Source of the DNA: Zygnema circumcarinatum SAG 698-1b
Taxonomy: Eukaryota; Plantae; Zygnematophyceae
Direction of reading: 5' to 3'
Assembly (NCBI GenBank): GCA_037447605.1
Contig: CM074804.1
Coordinates: forward strand, 7,541,909 to 7,605,908
DNA length: 64,000 nt
The position numbers and the translations under genes were made by a program. This document shows, in pieces, positions 11,801 to 35,400 of this stretch. The stretch's first letter is position 1. The number at the start of each line of letters is the position of its first letter. The notes under the pieces were generated by a model. That model saw nothing but the letters and a program-made list of their open reading frames with translations, was not told the origin of the DNA and did no database searches.

Positions 11801-14530
11801 TCCGAAAATGTTTTCCGCGACGAGAGGCTGGAGGATCCCGTGGGCATACTGGCCGCTGAATTCCCGGGTTTTGCTGCTGAAAGTCTGGCTGACATTTTTT
11901 ACGCTAACGGAGGGGATCTTGCCCTGACAATGGAAATGCTGACGCAGTTGGAGGTGAGAATCGATCCTTGCCATGTAACTTGCGAGAACCTTGCCCGATG
12001 AAGTGGTCACATGCTGTTGCATCTTGCTGGCCTTTTTAATCTTTTCCGTGTTTGCACTCTCTGCTTGCCGGGATGGTGCACTTGTCTTGGTTGAAGTCTG
12101 CTGCATGAATGTTGGGGAGAGAGACTCACTTAACTTGTTTGTGCGGCTCCTGGGATTACTGCAGCTGCAAGAAGACGGTGGCCGCTCACCTGGTCGTCTG
12201 CCACCCCCTCCTCCCTCCCTCGCTTCTATGGACTTCCCTGCTCTCTCAAGCGAGATGGGGAACAACACTCTTTCACATCCCCCACTCAGCGTTGATTCGT
12301 CGTCACCTATGGCCTTGCGAAGGTTAGAGGAGGGAGAAAGGCCTATGTTGGGAAGATCAGGCCCCCCAGGGGTGGATCCCCGGTCAGGACCCGATTTCGC
12401 TGCTGTTGTCAGAAAGCATGCTCAGCAAGCGCAGTGGCAGTATGAGAGGAATGGAATGGAGATGGGGGTCCTGAGAGGCAGAAGCCCTGGCCCTGGTGTT
12501 GGGCCATACCCAGCGGAGGGAAGAGGTGTTCCAGGGGAGAGGTTGGACAACTATGGGAATGTACGAGAGATTCATCGAGGCCCGCCTCAGCCATGGCTTG
12601 ATACAGGAGAGGCTGTCGGTACGTTGCCACACTGCTAGAAAGATTATCAGGGCCAATCAATGTGATGAGGTAGCATAATCGTAGCAGACAGGAAGTGATT
12701 GAGAAGATAATAGAACGAAGGAAGATGTGCACTTGTGCTTCAAGGTTTTGGTTTATCTGAGATGGTCTGCGCGAGACTGGGGATTGTTTGCCAGTAAGGA
12801 CAACTGCATAGTGCGGGAGATTTTTTCAAGCAAAGACAACTGCAAAATGCGTAGTGCAACCGTTCACGGTTTTGTCTCTTGTCTGTAGGACAGTTAAAAA
12901 TGCTCAGGTTTGTTCAGGTCCCATGAACTACGAGGATTGCAATGCTCTTGGACGTTTTTGCATGTTAAATGCCTCTTGGAGGGATAGGTGGATGATTCAC
13001 AACACCATGGACTAGCCTTTTTGGTCTAAGTGCAAATCAGCATCTAGCACAGTGAGAGGTCTTCGTAAGAGCTAGGAAAGCCGGTCTTCATTTCTCTACT
13101 GAGGAAATTCTTTTCATCTCCATATCCAATTTTGCCGGTGTCAACCAAAAACTTGGTTATAGGTGTCCAGGCTGCTGAAGGGCCGAGTTCATATGCAGTA
13201 CACGTGCGACTAACGACTTGTTCCTCTTTGGGCGCTCCTTTTTTCTGTTTGGCTGTTGTTATCAGCAAACATGTATGCTGAGATGAGGGAAGAGGCGAGA
13301 GACCACGCTCGAGTTCGGAACGTATACTTCGAGCAGGTAAGCACTGAATTTCGACTACTGCGGATAACATTTTTTGGATGCAGTTTGATGAGTGGTTCAG
13401 AGAAGAGTAGTGCTGCTGCACTTAACCCTCTCTTGTTCTGGCTACCACCATGACAGCACCAGCATCCCTTACATTGAGTGCTGTTGAATGTCGTGTAGAG
13501 AATGATGAAATTTCAGAAAGACTCAACGGCCTGGTTGAGCTGAAGGATGATTGTCTGGTTGCAGATAATGTTGCCCTCCGCTGTGGCGAATTCTCAGTGA
13601 TAGAGCATCTATTAAATATTCTGAAAGCTTGGTGGTGACTGTGTGCAGGCGACTCAGGCTTACATGGCAGGAAACAAAGCCCTTGCCAAGGATCTGAGCG
13701 CCAAAGGCCAATGGCACAATGAGCAGATGAAGGCGGCACATGCTAAAGCTGGAGATGCAATTTTCAGACAAAGGTAGGCATATTTGGTTTATCGTTCTTT
13801 GCGTGATGCATACACGTAATGCTTCACTGTCGGCATAACCACCTTGCTCGTATTCGATAGCCATGTTCTCTGTAGTCTGCCCTCATTTTGCCCTGTCCTT
13901 GAGCAACTTCACTGCTTGTGCATGAGTAAGATATAGCATGGAGGCGGGAAAGATATCAAAGCCTTGAGAAGTCCGGAAAGCCCTAGTTTCAGTCTCAATT
14001 GCAGCCCTTAGTCCTTGCTTTGGTTGGCCCCCACAGGAACACTGCATCTGGTTACCTTCCTGGACGAGGGGGGCCCGGAGGGCAGGCACGAGTGATCGAT
14101 TTACATGGCCTACATGTAAATGAAGCCATTCCATTTCTGAAGCGTGAGCTGGCTCAACTACGAGCTGCTGTACGGAGCACGGGCCAACGGCAACAGGTTT
14201 GTGTTGTTAGCATGGAGGCACCCTTTTCTCCGTCATCTTCAGCCTGCATGGTAGGACTGCGTGGTTAGACTGCGAAGACATTGTTGGTTTTTCGTTGTAA
14301 CTTTTTGCTGCAGGTACGTTTAACACAATGCTAGGGGCATTTATCTATGCAACTGGAATGATGTCTATGGGCTTCCTCTGCTGCAGGTTTTTGTTTGTGT
14401 TGGAACGGGACATCATACAAAGGGCCGTTCAAACCCCAGAATTCCGCTGGCGGTGGAACGTCATCTGGTGGAGGAGGAGCGCGTCCAGGTAGCAGAAACG
14501 CAGCCTGGTATGCTCCGAGTAATTGTGTAA
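8863..14530 (+). CDS. CID7: CID7-like PABP-interacting protein (PAM2 + CUE-like + DUF1771 + Smr) with an extra N-terminal region
   Basis: In-frame exons 8863-8978, 9289-9373, 9860-10026, 10186-11953, 12165-12618, 13266-13336, 13649-13773, 14037-14196, 14387-14530. Motifs: PAM2 SLNPNAAEFVP; SSNASDDEYRRYWRAQLPD; ILAAEFPGFAAESLADIFYANGGDLALTMEMLTQLE; PWLDTGEAVANMYAEMREEARDHARVRNVYFEQATQAY; Smr VIDLHGLHVNEA...VCVGTGHHTKG. Confidence 0.93.
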
Positions 14531-15046
14531 TCCTGTACCATGTGGAGGAGAGAAACTATCACAAATGGGGGAAAATAGGAGGAAAGGGGAGGAGGGGGGA
14601 GAGGCGCTCAAGACAGAACAAAAAGTGCTCGGGCTTCGGCAGTGCGTTTTTTGGATTTGGCAACCTTAGGTCCTCAATTTGCGCAGTCCCGGGGGGAGGC
14701 TCGCGGTCCCTCTGCGTTGGGCATAGGAGCTTTGGAATAATTGGCGGACAGATGTTTTTTTAGGGAGGCAAGCAAAAGTGTAGATGTGAGGGACTTGGGG
14801 TTCTGTCATTCGTGGTTTGTATAGAGCGGAATGAAGACATCCTGTATAGGAAGCAGAGAATGCAACTGGTAGGCTTGTGTCAGCCTTCCTTCGTGAATAC
14901 TTAGACTACTCTTTTGGAAGGGCTGCCGTGTTGTAGGCTACACTCTTTGCAGAACCGGTTTTTTACGGGTAGTGATTGAGCTGCCTGGGCCTTCATGGAG
15001 GGCTTCGTCTTGAGGCTTTCATAGGCGTAGAGGGGGGGCGGGGGGA

Positions 15047-15072
15047 AGAGAGAGAGAGAGAGAGAGAGAGAG
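15047..15072 (+). repeat. (AG)n microsatellite downstream of CID7
   Basis: Read directly from the sequence. Confidence 0.9.
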
Positions 15073-15976
15073 CGCGCGCTCGAAGAGGAAAGGTGCAGCG
15101 TGTCATTATGTGAGGTTAGAGGCCTTTAAGGCGGGGTACGGTCAGTCTAGGCCCATTTCTTTAGGGAAACTTAGCCATACTTTTTGGACAATTTTACTGG
15201 TAGACGTAGGCATGGCAGGTCGCTCATTGTAAGTTTGTTTTCTCTTGGTTTTTTGGCCTACTGCCTTAAGGCCAGAAGGTCCTCGTGGTGTTATTTAGTA
15301 TGAGCTCGTAGGTCGTTAGGGTGGCCCTCTTTTCTGTATTCATAGACAAAGCAGGCGCACGTAGTACAGCGTACCATATCCTTATTTGATGTGGGCCCAA
15401 CTCTACGGAGGTTCGCTGCATGTGGACAACACCCTGCAGGCGGACAGACGCATGCTGTCAGTTGACCCTTTCCAATGCTATGACCTAACATTGTATACTT
15501 GGGAGGGCATGGAGCTCGCAGATGGGTTGAGTTTTCTTGTTGTTTTTGTCTGTTCTTGTTGTACAGGGCCATTCTTTGTAAGGTTTGGAACTGAAGGTCA
15601 AAAGGCTGAGTCTGAACTCGTCTGTGTTCGTTGTATGTGTTGTTTGGCTTGCCTGGACCAATGGCTTGCTGGCCAATGGTTGCCAACCATTGGCAAACCT
15701 GAAGGGATAACACAGATTTGATCTCACACTAGGAAGTTACTAGTTATGTAACTAAGTTATTATGCGGTGCAACAAAACAAAAAATCTACATATTTTGCCA
15801 ATCGTGCGTCTACTGGCAAGCAATGGTCGGAACCACTTGCAGTTTTTTGCTACATCTGCCAACTAATGATTAGAACGATTGTCAATTTTGGCAATCATTG
15901 GCGATATACTCATTGATCACACGATGGCTATGCCATGAAATGCATATGGACAGACAATATGCAGAACCGGTGTGAA

Positions 15977-16016
15977 GGGGGGCTAGGGGCTAGGGGCTAG
16001 GGGCTCGGGGCTAGGG
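15977..16016 (+). repeat. (GGGGCTA)n heptamer repeat with G-quadruplex potential
   Basis: ggggggctaggggctaggggctaggggctcggggctaggg: six G-runs separated by 3-nt loops. Confidence 0.8.
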
Positions 16017-16510
16017 AGTGTACTGAAGCCTACGTGGACATTCTAGCAGCCAGCCTAAAGTAGGACACGTGGCATCACGAGAGCCCTCGAAGGCAGATTG
16101 GTGTTGATCCCCCGAAAGGATCAACAAATGGAAACAATCGCCGGTTGACCCCCGACAGGAAACTGTCGGCCCGCGCACTCGCACACACGGTGAATCGCAG
16201 ATCAACCATGAAACAAACGGCGAGTGGGTCGGATTCCACTTTGGTTGCCGCAGTTTTGCAGTTCCAAACATTCAGGGTCAATCCTTGATCCAAGCAGCTA
16301 CAGGAGTACTGTAGATCGCAGACGGTAGAATCCGGACCAAAGTAGGCTCCGGCCGTAGGGTCGGCGGTGGATCGAGGGGGGCTTCAAACGCACGGTAAGC
16401 TGCGCCTCTAGGGAGGGAGCGGGGGGGAAAGGGCCATGGCGGCGAGCTGAGGGAGTGCGGGCCTCGCACTAAAAGAGCATACGAGAATCATCGTGAGGAC
16501 AGTCCGCTTC

Positions 16511-26730
<10,220 letters not shown>

Positions 26731-27815
26731 TTGTCGGAGTAGGTTTCAAAGCAGAGCTCACTTGAGGGTGAAGGCATGGCTAGGATTCCAGCGGCTTGTA
26801 GAAAAGAAACAGGTAAGTGGATCTACAACATTCGAACAAGCATTTTGGTTATTGCAGTCGCAAGGCTATGTTTATGGTATGGTTTCAAAAAGGGAATTCC
26901 AGAATCACGTCTTTTGTGAAGGTCATGTCGCTTGCAGCCATAAGAAGGTTTGCATGCTGCGGCACATGGTGGCATGTTGGCATGTTTGAGTCATGATGCG
27001 CATAGGTGTGGCAAGGCTGACCAATTCCAGTCGCCCTGTACAGCCCTCAATCCACGAGTCAGTGTCTCTCACTTCCTATTTCTCTTCCCTCCTCTCCCTC
27101 TCCCTACCCAATCCAAGATTCGCGAATGCCTCCAGGAAATCCAACATGCTTTAATACAGTGCGGGCGTGAAGCTTCAGAGATACCTGGCCGTGAGTATGC
27201 AGAAAAAAAAAGCATACTTTCAGGTTACAATGAGGCCTACAGCATCTCAATTCTCCTTTGAAAGACTACTTTTCGACACGTACAAAGCAATCTGCTGCTG
27301 GTCATATAACCAACAAAAAGACCAGTCGGTGCCATCCTCACCACCCCATTGCGGTGCATGTCCTGCTCAAAGCTTTAGCTCGCACCTCGAGTACCTTCGC
27401 TGCTTTCATCTGATAGGAAGTACAGAGGAGAAGGAAGTGGCATAGAACAGAGCAGTCCCATAGAACAGAACTGCGGCTTTGAGAGAACTGTGGCAATTGC
27501 AGTTACACGCGCTACGGGACTGGAACAGCGCGCGTTAGGGATCATGGAACTGTTCTTCAGAGCTCACCAATATATCCATTTTGGACAATACGATATGGCA
27601 TGTAGCGATATTCAATATATCGCGATATTGCGATATTTCAAACGGAGCCTGTTTCCCTCCGAACCCCAAAGCAAACTTTCCCGCGCTCTGTTACTCTCAC
27701 TCTCGCTCTCTCCCTCTCCCTCTCCCTCCCTCATTTCTCCTATCTCCTCTCTACCGTCGTCATCCCTCCTCGTCTCCCTCCCGTCTAACACCCCTTGGCG
27801 CCCCTCTGAGCAGCA

Positions 27816-28444
27816 ATGGGCACAGACATATCCACAGGGGAGCCTGCTCCCATGGTGAACGGGATGCTGATGAAACGATACGTCGGCAAAAAGGTGCGCT
27901 GTGTGGTCAAGGTGGTCGAGAGGGGCGATTTGGAGATTGTGGCACAGACGTCAGACGGGCAGATGATCCGAGTGATACCTCTCTCCAAGGGCGCGTATTT
28001 ATCTCCATTTGTTGAGGTGATAGGGGTGGTGGATGGGAGCGGAGCTGCAATCAGGGAGCAGGTGGCAGTGGATTTTGGTACCAATTTTGGTGAGGAGCAG
28101 TCCTTTCCCTCTATTCTTTGAAGCATGCGGAAACCAGAGGCTTTGCACATAGACTTTGCAACTTCCTCCTTGTTTTTGTCAGCAGTTCTTATTGTTAGCC
28201 TTCCTTGTCGAGCTTTGCGTCAGTTAAATTCGCTCTCTCTTCTCCTCTTTTCGTTTTTTTCATGCATGTATGTAGTTTTTCCTAACTGAGCCATTATTTC
28301 ATTGTCTAATCAGCCAGGTTGAGTGTCCCTAATAAAAAAGTTCCAGTGGATGACACTTTTAAATCATCCTGCTTTGCAGATTTGGCCGCCTATGATAGGT
28401 TATGTCTGCTAGCCAACAATGAAGCTCGGTCCCTCTTCATGTGA
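27816..28444 (+). CDS. RPA3: Replication protein A 14 kDa subunit, two exons
   Basis: Exons 27816-28089 and 28380-28444 give PAPMVNGMLMKRYVGKKVRCVVKV...SPFVEVIGVVD...DFGTNFDLAAYDRLCLLANNEARSLFM*, which matches the plant RPA3 OB-fold pattern. Confidence 0.92.
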
Positions 28445-29440
28445 GCTCTTATTGCTCCTCCCATCAGGATTTGGAGACAATCGTGCCCACCCCTCTTGAC
28501 TTCTATCTAGACAGTTGAGTCCCAAGTTTCACATCTTGGAGCATCGAGTCTCATCGGTTTTGTAATCTATAAGGTCAGTAGTTTCCTCCAACTGGAAGGA
28601 CAAGTTTGCGGATTGTAGTGCTACCATGGTTGCAGCAAGGCTATAAGGAGATACATGAGAGAGTAGGTCCACACAATCAAGAAATGCTCGTTAGCATCTG
28701 ATTGTACATATGAGTTTGAATGTTTCGCTTCTGCGATTTTGCCTCTAGTCGAACGAGTGACATTTGCAAGAGCGTGGTGCTGTAAATGGACCTATCACAC
28801 AAAGTTTGTTTCATTTCGGTTTTATCTTCGCATCATCTCGACTGGTTGCAAAGAGTTGGTTTCATTTCAGCCGCCAAATTCTGAGGTATAACATGGAAGG
28901 CCTTTTGAAGCCTTGGCCAGACAGACTCACTTGATTTATGGGGCTCTTTGCTTTACCGGATTCCAAACAATTTTCCTATAGGATGATTCTCACTGCATTT
29001 GATCTCAAGTGAACAGATGGTTCTTTTATAAGGTATAACCTCAATTCATAACATAGTGTTACAAGCAGTGCTCCTTGAAACCAAGATCAAGACTTTTACG
29101 GACCTATGTTGGCTTCTATCCATAAGGGGTAACTCCTCCTAACCTGCATATGAGAGCGCCATGCGTTTCCTGCTCCGCTCTCTGCCCTGAATGGTCAACA
29201 CTCCCTTCAGACTAACTCTTTGACTGTGCCTTTGCAAATGATCCATCTGCAAAGCAAGAGCGCCTCCCCCTACTACACAGGCCTTTTCACGACCGCCTTT
29301 TTCAAAAAGCGATGAATTCTGACTACAGTGATGTCTGAGAGTTGATGCTCTTCATGGCTTCGAGAGTCGTCATAAGGACGCCCCTCCCATGTTTCGTAGA
29401 CATTCCTTCCTTCCACCACCTCCACCTCCATCACCACTCT

Positions 29441-32400
29441 CTACAGTTGGTTCAACCAGCCCTTTAGAGAAGCATGCTCTGAAAGAAGGTTGGAGGAGGA
29501 CCTTGCAACGCGTGAGCCGAGGACCATGGCGCCCCTTTCAACCATGACGCCTATGAGAGCCTCCACCAAAGCCACCTCGCTGAGCGGCTTCATCAGACAC
29601 AGATCAATGCCTGCCCTCTCCCCACTCAGCCAGAAGGAACTCGTCGTTTCTGAGTAGAGGCCGAGGATGGGAACTCGATCCAGAGCTTGAATCCTCTTTA
29701 CTGTCTCATATCTGCAAGGTGAAGTCACCCGCATGAGAAGATCCCATCAGCCACATGTTACATGAAGTTTGAACATCGCGATATTTCCTGCCAGATTAAG
29801 GAATTCAACTGCAAACAAGTATAGACTACCCTCAGGGTGAGTGTCATGAGAATGCAGTCGCAATGGCGGCATGAGAACCTTACTAGAAACATTCATCACA
29901 CGCTCCCCAAACTAAATGGGTTGCCTTATGTGAGATGCCACCATTTCTCCTCTTGGGGTAAAGGTTAATGTGGAACAAACCCGTCAACATCGAGGAGGTC
30001 CAAGTCCACTAAAAAGCACATGACGAGGTCCGACTCCTGAAGCCGCGCAAGAGCGTCTGAGCAGTCCTTCACGTGAATTGCAGCGTTCCTTTCAGCAGTA
30101 AGCAACGCTGCAACTTCAGACACCACTTTCCAGGTAGCAAGACTGCTGTCCAGAACCTGCAGTTGAAACAAAAAGGAGCATATAAGAAATTTGCTTGATC
30201 GAGAAATGAACCACGGCGCTCTCGGCCGCCTGCCTTAGATGACCTGATAAACAGGCATTTTTCACAGAGCAGAAGTTCAGAGCAAAACGAAAAAGTGTTT
30301 AGTACCAGCATTCGTTTCCCCCGCATGATGTCCACCAACGTTTGCAGCTGCTGCTTGTTGGTGGGGTTTGAAATTTGGGCTCTGGAGGGGCTCCCATTCA
30401 GCCCAAAAACCTCAGCTAGGCACGCTGCAAGCATCGTGCACCTAACCGGCTTCATCAAGGTACTCGTGAAGGGACCCCTCAAAAGCTGTGCCTTTTCCTC
30501 CTCGTCCAGACTGTCATTCCACATAAACAGAAGCATAATCATAAACATAGATCACCCACCATCCGCATCTCCCTTGAATGTTCAACGCTCTCAACCCAGC
30601 AGCTAAGGACACGGAGAAGGTCAGTCAATTCGGGTCAAACATATTCAAATCGATTGAATCAGCATAAGCCCTGGAGGAGAAAACCGCGAGATTGAAAAAT
30701 GGACACTGCTGACGAGTATTTAACGACTCTTGTTTGGCTGAACAAACACTTGTTTGGCTCTTTTTTGTTCGTTTGCTTGTTCAGCACAAGCTGCAGTCAA
30801 AAAACTATCTCTCACCCGCAAGCCACGAGGATGAGTTTTGGAAGGAGACGCTCCCACTGTGCGATATTCCTGGTTTCGCATGCCCGAATAAGTAGATTAC
30901 CGAGCTCAATGCCTGTACCCAGACCCCCTGCTTCTGCGTCCACAAGGACAACATCCCACCCAACTTTGATTTGACCACTATATGGCAGTTGCCCATTGTT
31001 TTCCAGCTTGCTACTGCTGTAGATAATGGACTCTTGTATCGCTACTGCCGCGCTAAATATGTTGTCGGAAAGCTCCACTTGAAGGCCAAGTTGGCGCAAG
31101 CAGGACGCCAACACCTGACATACGAGCAGTTATGCAGGTGGGTCAGGATGAATGCCATTAGAGCAGGTTCATATGGGGGACTCGCCTGACGCATATCATA
31201 AGCGACTCATCTGAGAACGACTAGTAAGGATACTTATCAAAAGAGAGAACCCCTTTGTAAAACGCAGCCAAAAAAAAAAAAGGCCACCTCAAGATGACAG
31301 TACAAAGCGCATGAGTTTTGCAGCTTGACATGTTACTGTTTTCTGTCTGAAAATGTGGATGTGAACAGAACCATGGTTTGTAAAACGATTTTGAAGAAGG
31401 ATTGAGACATGAAGCATACCTGCTGCCGAACTTGTTGCCCATCTACGACAAGGGCCTTCTTGCCTTTCAGTTGAGCCAATCCCGGTGGCTGCAGTTGCAT
31501 TGCTTCTAGTATTCTCTGTTGCTCTAAACTGCCAGGTGGTCTATCAAGCACATCCAACTTTATGTCAAATTTGAATGTAGTTCCTATTCTTGGTCGGCTC
31601 ACAAAGTCGATGCTGCCTCCCATGAGATCTATCAACCTGCGCCCTCCATCAGTGAAAACATAAGTTCAAACGTAGGAAAGTTGTTTAATAATCAATTATA
31701 TACTCTTCGCACTCTAGCAGACAATTATGGTTGCTTTTAATCCTGCTAAGCTTGAGCTGGTAGCAGTTCATTGCCTAATATCTCAACAAAAGCCTCAACC
31801 TGTGAACCCAAAAACCCGTCAACTGTTTGAAAAAAGTTATTAAGCTCTCAGCTATTTTTTAACACAGCCGTCCATTATGCACACAGCTTACCTCTGGGCA
31901 AGACTCAGACCCACTCCCACCCCAGTCCGACCCCGTTTTCTGCCAGTCTCCAACTGTGCGAATGGGAGATATATGCGGTCTTTTGCGTTCTCTGGAATAC
32001 CAATTCCAGTATCCTCCACATTGAAATCTAGCTTCACCCTCCGCCGAACCGGAACTAAGCTACTGCCAACTGCTTCATGATCCATTTTCTCCTTCAATAA
32101 CTGTCTCTTCTCATCAAATTGCACTGTTCGGCAAACTGCTTCCCAGCTGCAACTCGCATCTGCAGCTTCTCTCCCACTTAATGTATGAAATAGCCCTTCC
32201 CATCCTTGTCCTTTGTAGCTTGGAGGTATTGTTCCTGGAAGGTATTCTGCTGACTGGAAGGGGCTGGTTGGGGGGGACGGAGAGGGAGAGGCCGACATGC
32301 TAGTGGTATTGGAGGCCATGCTATCAAGACTACTACTAGAACCTGTTTTCTTAGTCGACCAACTGGGCCGTGGCTTCTCAGGACTTAGACGTACAGTGAG

Positions 32401-35400
32401 AAGCACATGGCCAAGGTCTGTAAATTTGAGGGCATTACCCACGATATTCACCAAAATCTGCAGGCAGGAAGGGTGGATCAGAATGAGACGGAACATCTTT
32501 GCTGAGTGGGAATACGCATGTTTTCCTACAACCTTGATTGGCACGCAATGGTTGGTTGACACGCAATGGTTGGTTGACCGATGAACGAGGCGTGCAGGAA
32601 TCACGTGAATTACTATAAAAACCACGACCTCCAATGCTCAACATTCCCTCTATCACACATGCGAAAAGGGCAACTGAACAGCATTCGCGATGTTCAACTT
32701 TTTCGGCATCTCCTGCAGTATTTCCCAACAGTACTGTATACGTGGATGATGAAAGAACGACATGAAGGTAGATTGCTGCCCTAGTTAAAAAGATTTTTTG
32801 GGTTTAGAGCCACACCTGCCGAAGGCGAACCGGATCCCCGATAGCAAATGTGGGCACGGAGTCAAAGACGAGGGCAGCGAGTTCTACTCGTCCCTGTTTC
32901 TCTTGTGCCATGGGTGATAGCAAGCTGTCCCAAATGCCCAAATGACGATGTGAGTTCGTATAGATTCAGTTATAAGCAAACAAAGTAACTGCACTTTCTA
33001 CGGTAGAACCTGGCGAGACTCCCTGTTTAATCCCACTTCTCTAAGTAAGTGTCAGATGATCTCCAATATCAATTGTCAGCCGAAAGGGACATATTTCCAT
33101 AGAAAGTTATCTTGATGAGCCGATCGGTTATCTTGATGAGCCGATCGGTTATCAAAGCTTTTCCTGAATGCGAACGTAACACTAATCGAACTACATATGT
33201 TACCAACCACAACTTCTTGTGGTTCCTTTATCCCAGTCCCAAATTCATGATAATGCATGTATCTACATAGGCAGTCAAGCTGACACGAGCTGATCCAAAA
33301 ATCACAATGTTTAGAATGTTCCTAAGGGAACTTACAGAGCCCCCAACTTTCATTCACATCTTCAGATTACATCAGCAAGACAAAATCCTCTACTGACCTT
33401 AGCACTTCGTCAATGAGTGAACGAAGGTTGAATGACATGCTCTCCAGCTCAAAATGTCCCGACTCTATCATGGCATAATCCAAGACATCGTTGATAAGAT
33501 AAATGAGAATCCTTCCACTTGCTTCAGCTGTTCGTACATAGTCGAGTTGCACGGGGTCCAAGGGAGTTTTGAGAAGCAAATCCATCATTGCCAACATTTC
33601 TGCAGGGCAGCAACAGTGGTTTCAGCAAAGCATTTCCTGACTATTCAAGAGGAGGCTGGATTATGTGAGCATTGCCCACGAAAGTTGACAGCTGTATGTA
33701 TGCAGGTTGGCTCTTCCGCATAGGACAGTTGGAGCATACCCCTCATGGGAGCGCGAACCTCTTGTGTCATTGCCGCCAGGAAAGTGGACTTTGCTGTATT
33801 GCCAGCTTCCGCAGCCTGCTTCAGCGAAGACATTCGAACAAAATCCTCCTTCATTTGGACAAACCGACGTATCGCCTCTATTAAAATCTGCAGTCAATCA
33901 GGAGTTGTGTATCACTGATCATAAAGGATCTGAAGTGTTGTAAAAACAGGCATGTACAGGAAGACGAGGTAATCCTTAAAACACTAGGCTAAGTTCAAAG
34001 ACATTGAGAAAGAGCACAAAGGCAAACATGTTGACTTCACGTGTGTCATCAAACATCCATCAGAGGTATAGTTCCTGTCCACCTCTGCCTGCAATAACAT
34101 TCTCAATTGATCTGTATTATTGTCTACTATTTTGTGGACAGCAGCAGGAGAAAATGAAGGTCTCACCTGCAAGAGGAGAAGGTAAATAGCCAAAGCTCCG
34201 AGCGCCATGATCAGTGCTATCGTTGGAAAATATTGTTCTTCTTTGTATCTGCACCGAACCTCGTGTATCCTTCCTTTATCACCAAGGTCAAGAGGTGTGA
34301 CCAACCACTTTGGTGACTTAATATCATCGTCTTCAACATCTTCTCTGAACTTCCAATTGTCAGGAACGAAGGCTGAATACGAAGTCTTTGACAAGAGCAA
34401 TTCCGGGGGCTTGATCTCTCTTTGCATCGGATTCAAAGAAGGCGGTTCATAGAGGGGGATAGGATGGCGAAAATCTGTGACATCATCCACTCGCATGATG
34501 ACATCGAAAATTCGACCTTGCTGCAGATCTCTGCAATCCAGCTACATGGGAAATGTTAGTTAAGGCCCTACAAAAACGAAGCGCAATGTAGAACACAGAA
34601 CAGAACGAAAGCTCTATGATAAGTGGCTATACACTTCCCATGCAGCTTCGGCGGTCGCCAGCCTACGGCCCATCGGTTAGCCAGCCAACCTACTTGGTGA
34701 CAGAAGGAAGATACGGACTTCAAAGATTACATGACTGTATCCACATCTCCTTTTCTGTTTACTTTTTTTGTTCATGTCCTGAAATGCATGGCTAATTGCT
34801 AGTATAATGGTAGTGCTCTCCATGGTCCTTCTTCATTGAAGCATAAAAACCATCTCCTCTAGCCGAGCAACCGAAATGTACTACGGATATGAACTCCCCC
34901 CTGGCTGAACATGATCACAACCTTAAGAACCTAAGACATACATATTCACGCAGTGGCTTGAAACTGAATGCACCATAGAACTCATGCCATCCAATAACAT
35001 AGACAAGCTCTTTTGCTGCCAGTTGAGTCGGTTCTAAGAGCTCACGCCAAGACTCCTTCCACCATTGACTCGAAATCAATAGTTGCACCTGCACAACCTG
35101 TGGTAGCGCTCCTTTTCTCCTCAATGCTGGAGTTTGGTCCCATCTCCATCGGCCGATTCGGAAAGGCAACACCTACACCCATCTTCTGATCCTGTTCACC
35201 CACCATGGAAAAGCTTGACAATCAGCCAATCTGGTTAATCCGAGAATACTAAGGAAAAGTGGGAGGACCCACACGAGAAGATACAGTTGAAGCTTGTCAA
35301 AGAAGCCTCCTGACTATTCGAGCACAACTTCATAGATATTGTGTTCTGAGGTACGAAGGAGGCAACCTCACGTTGTCCAAAAGTGGTCACGTAGCGATCT

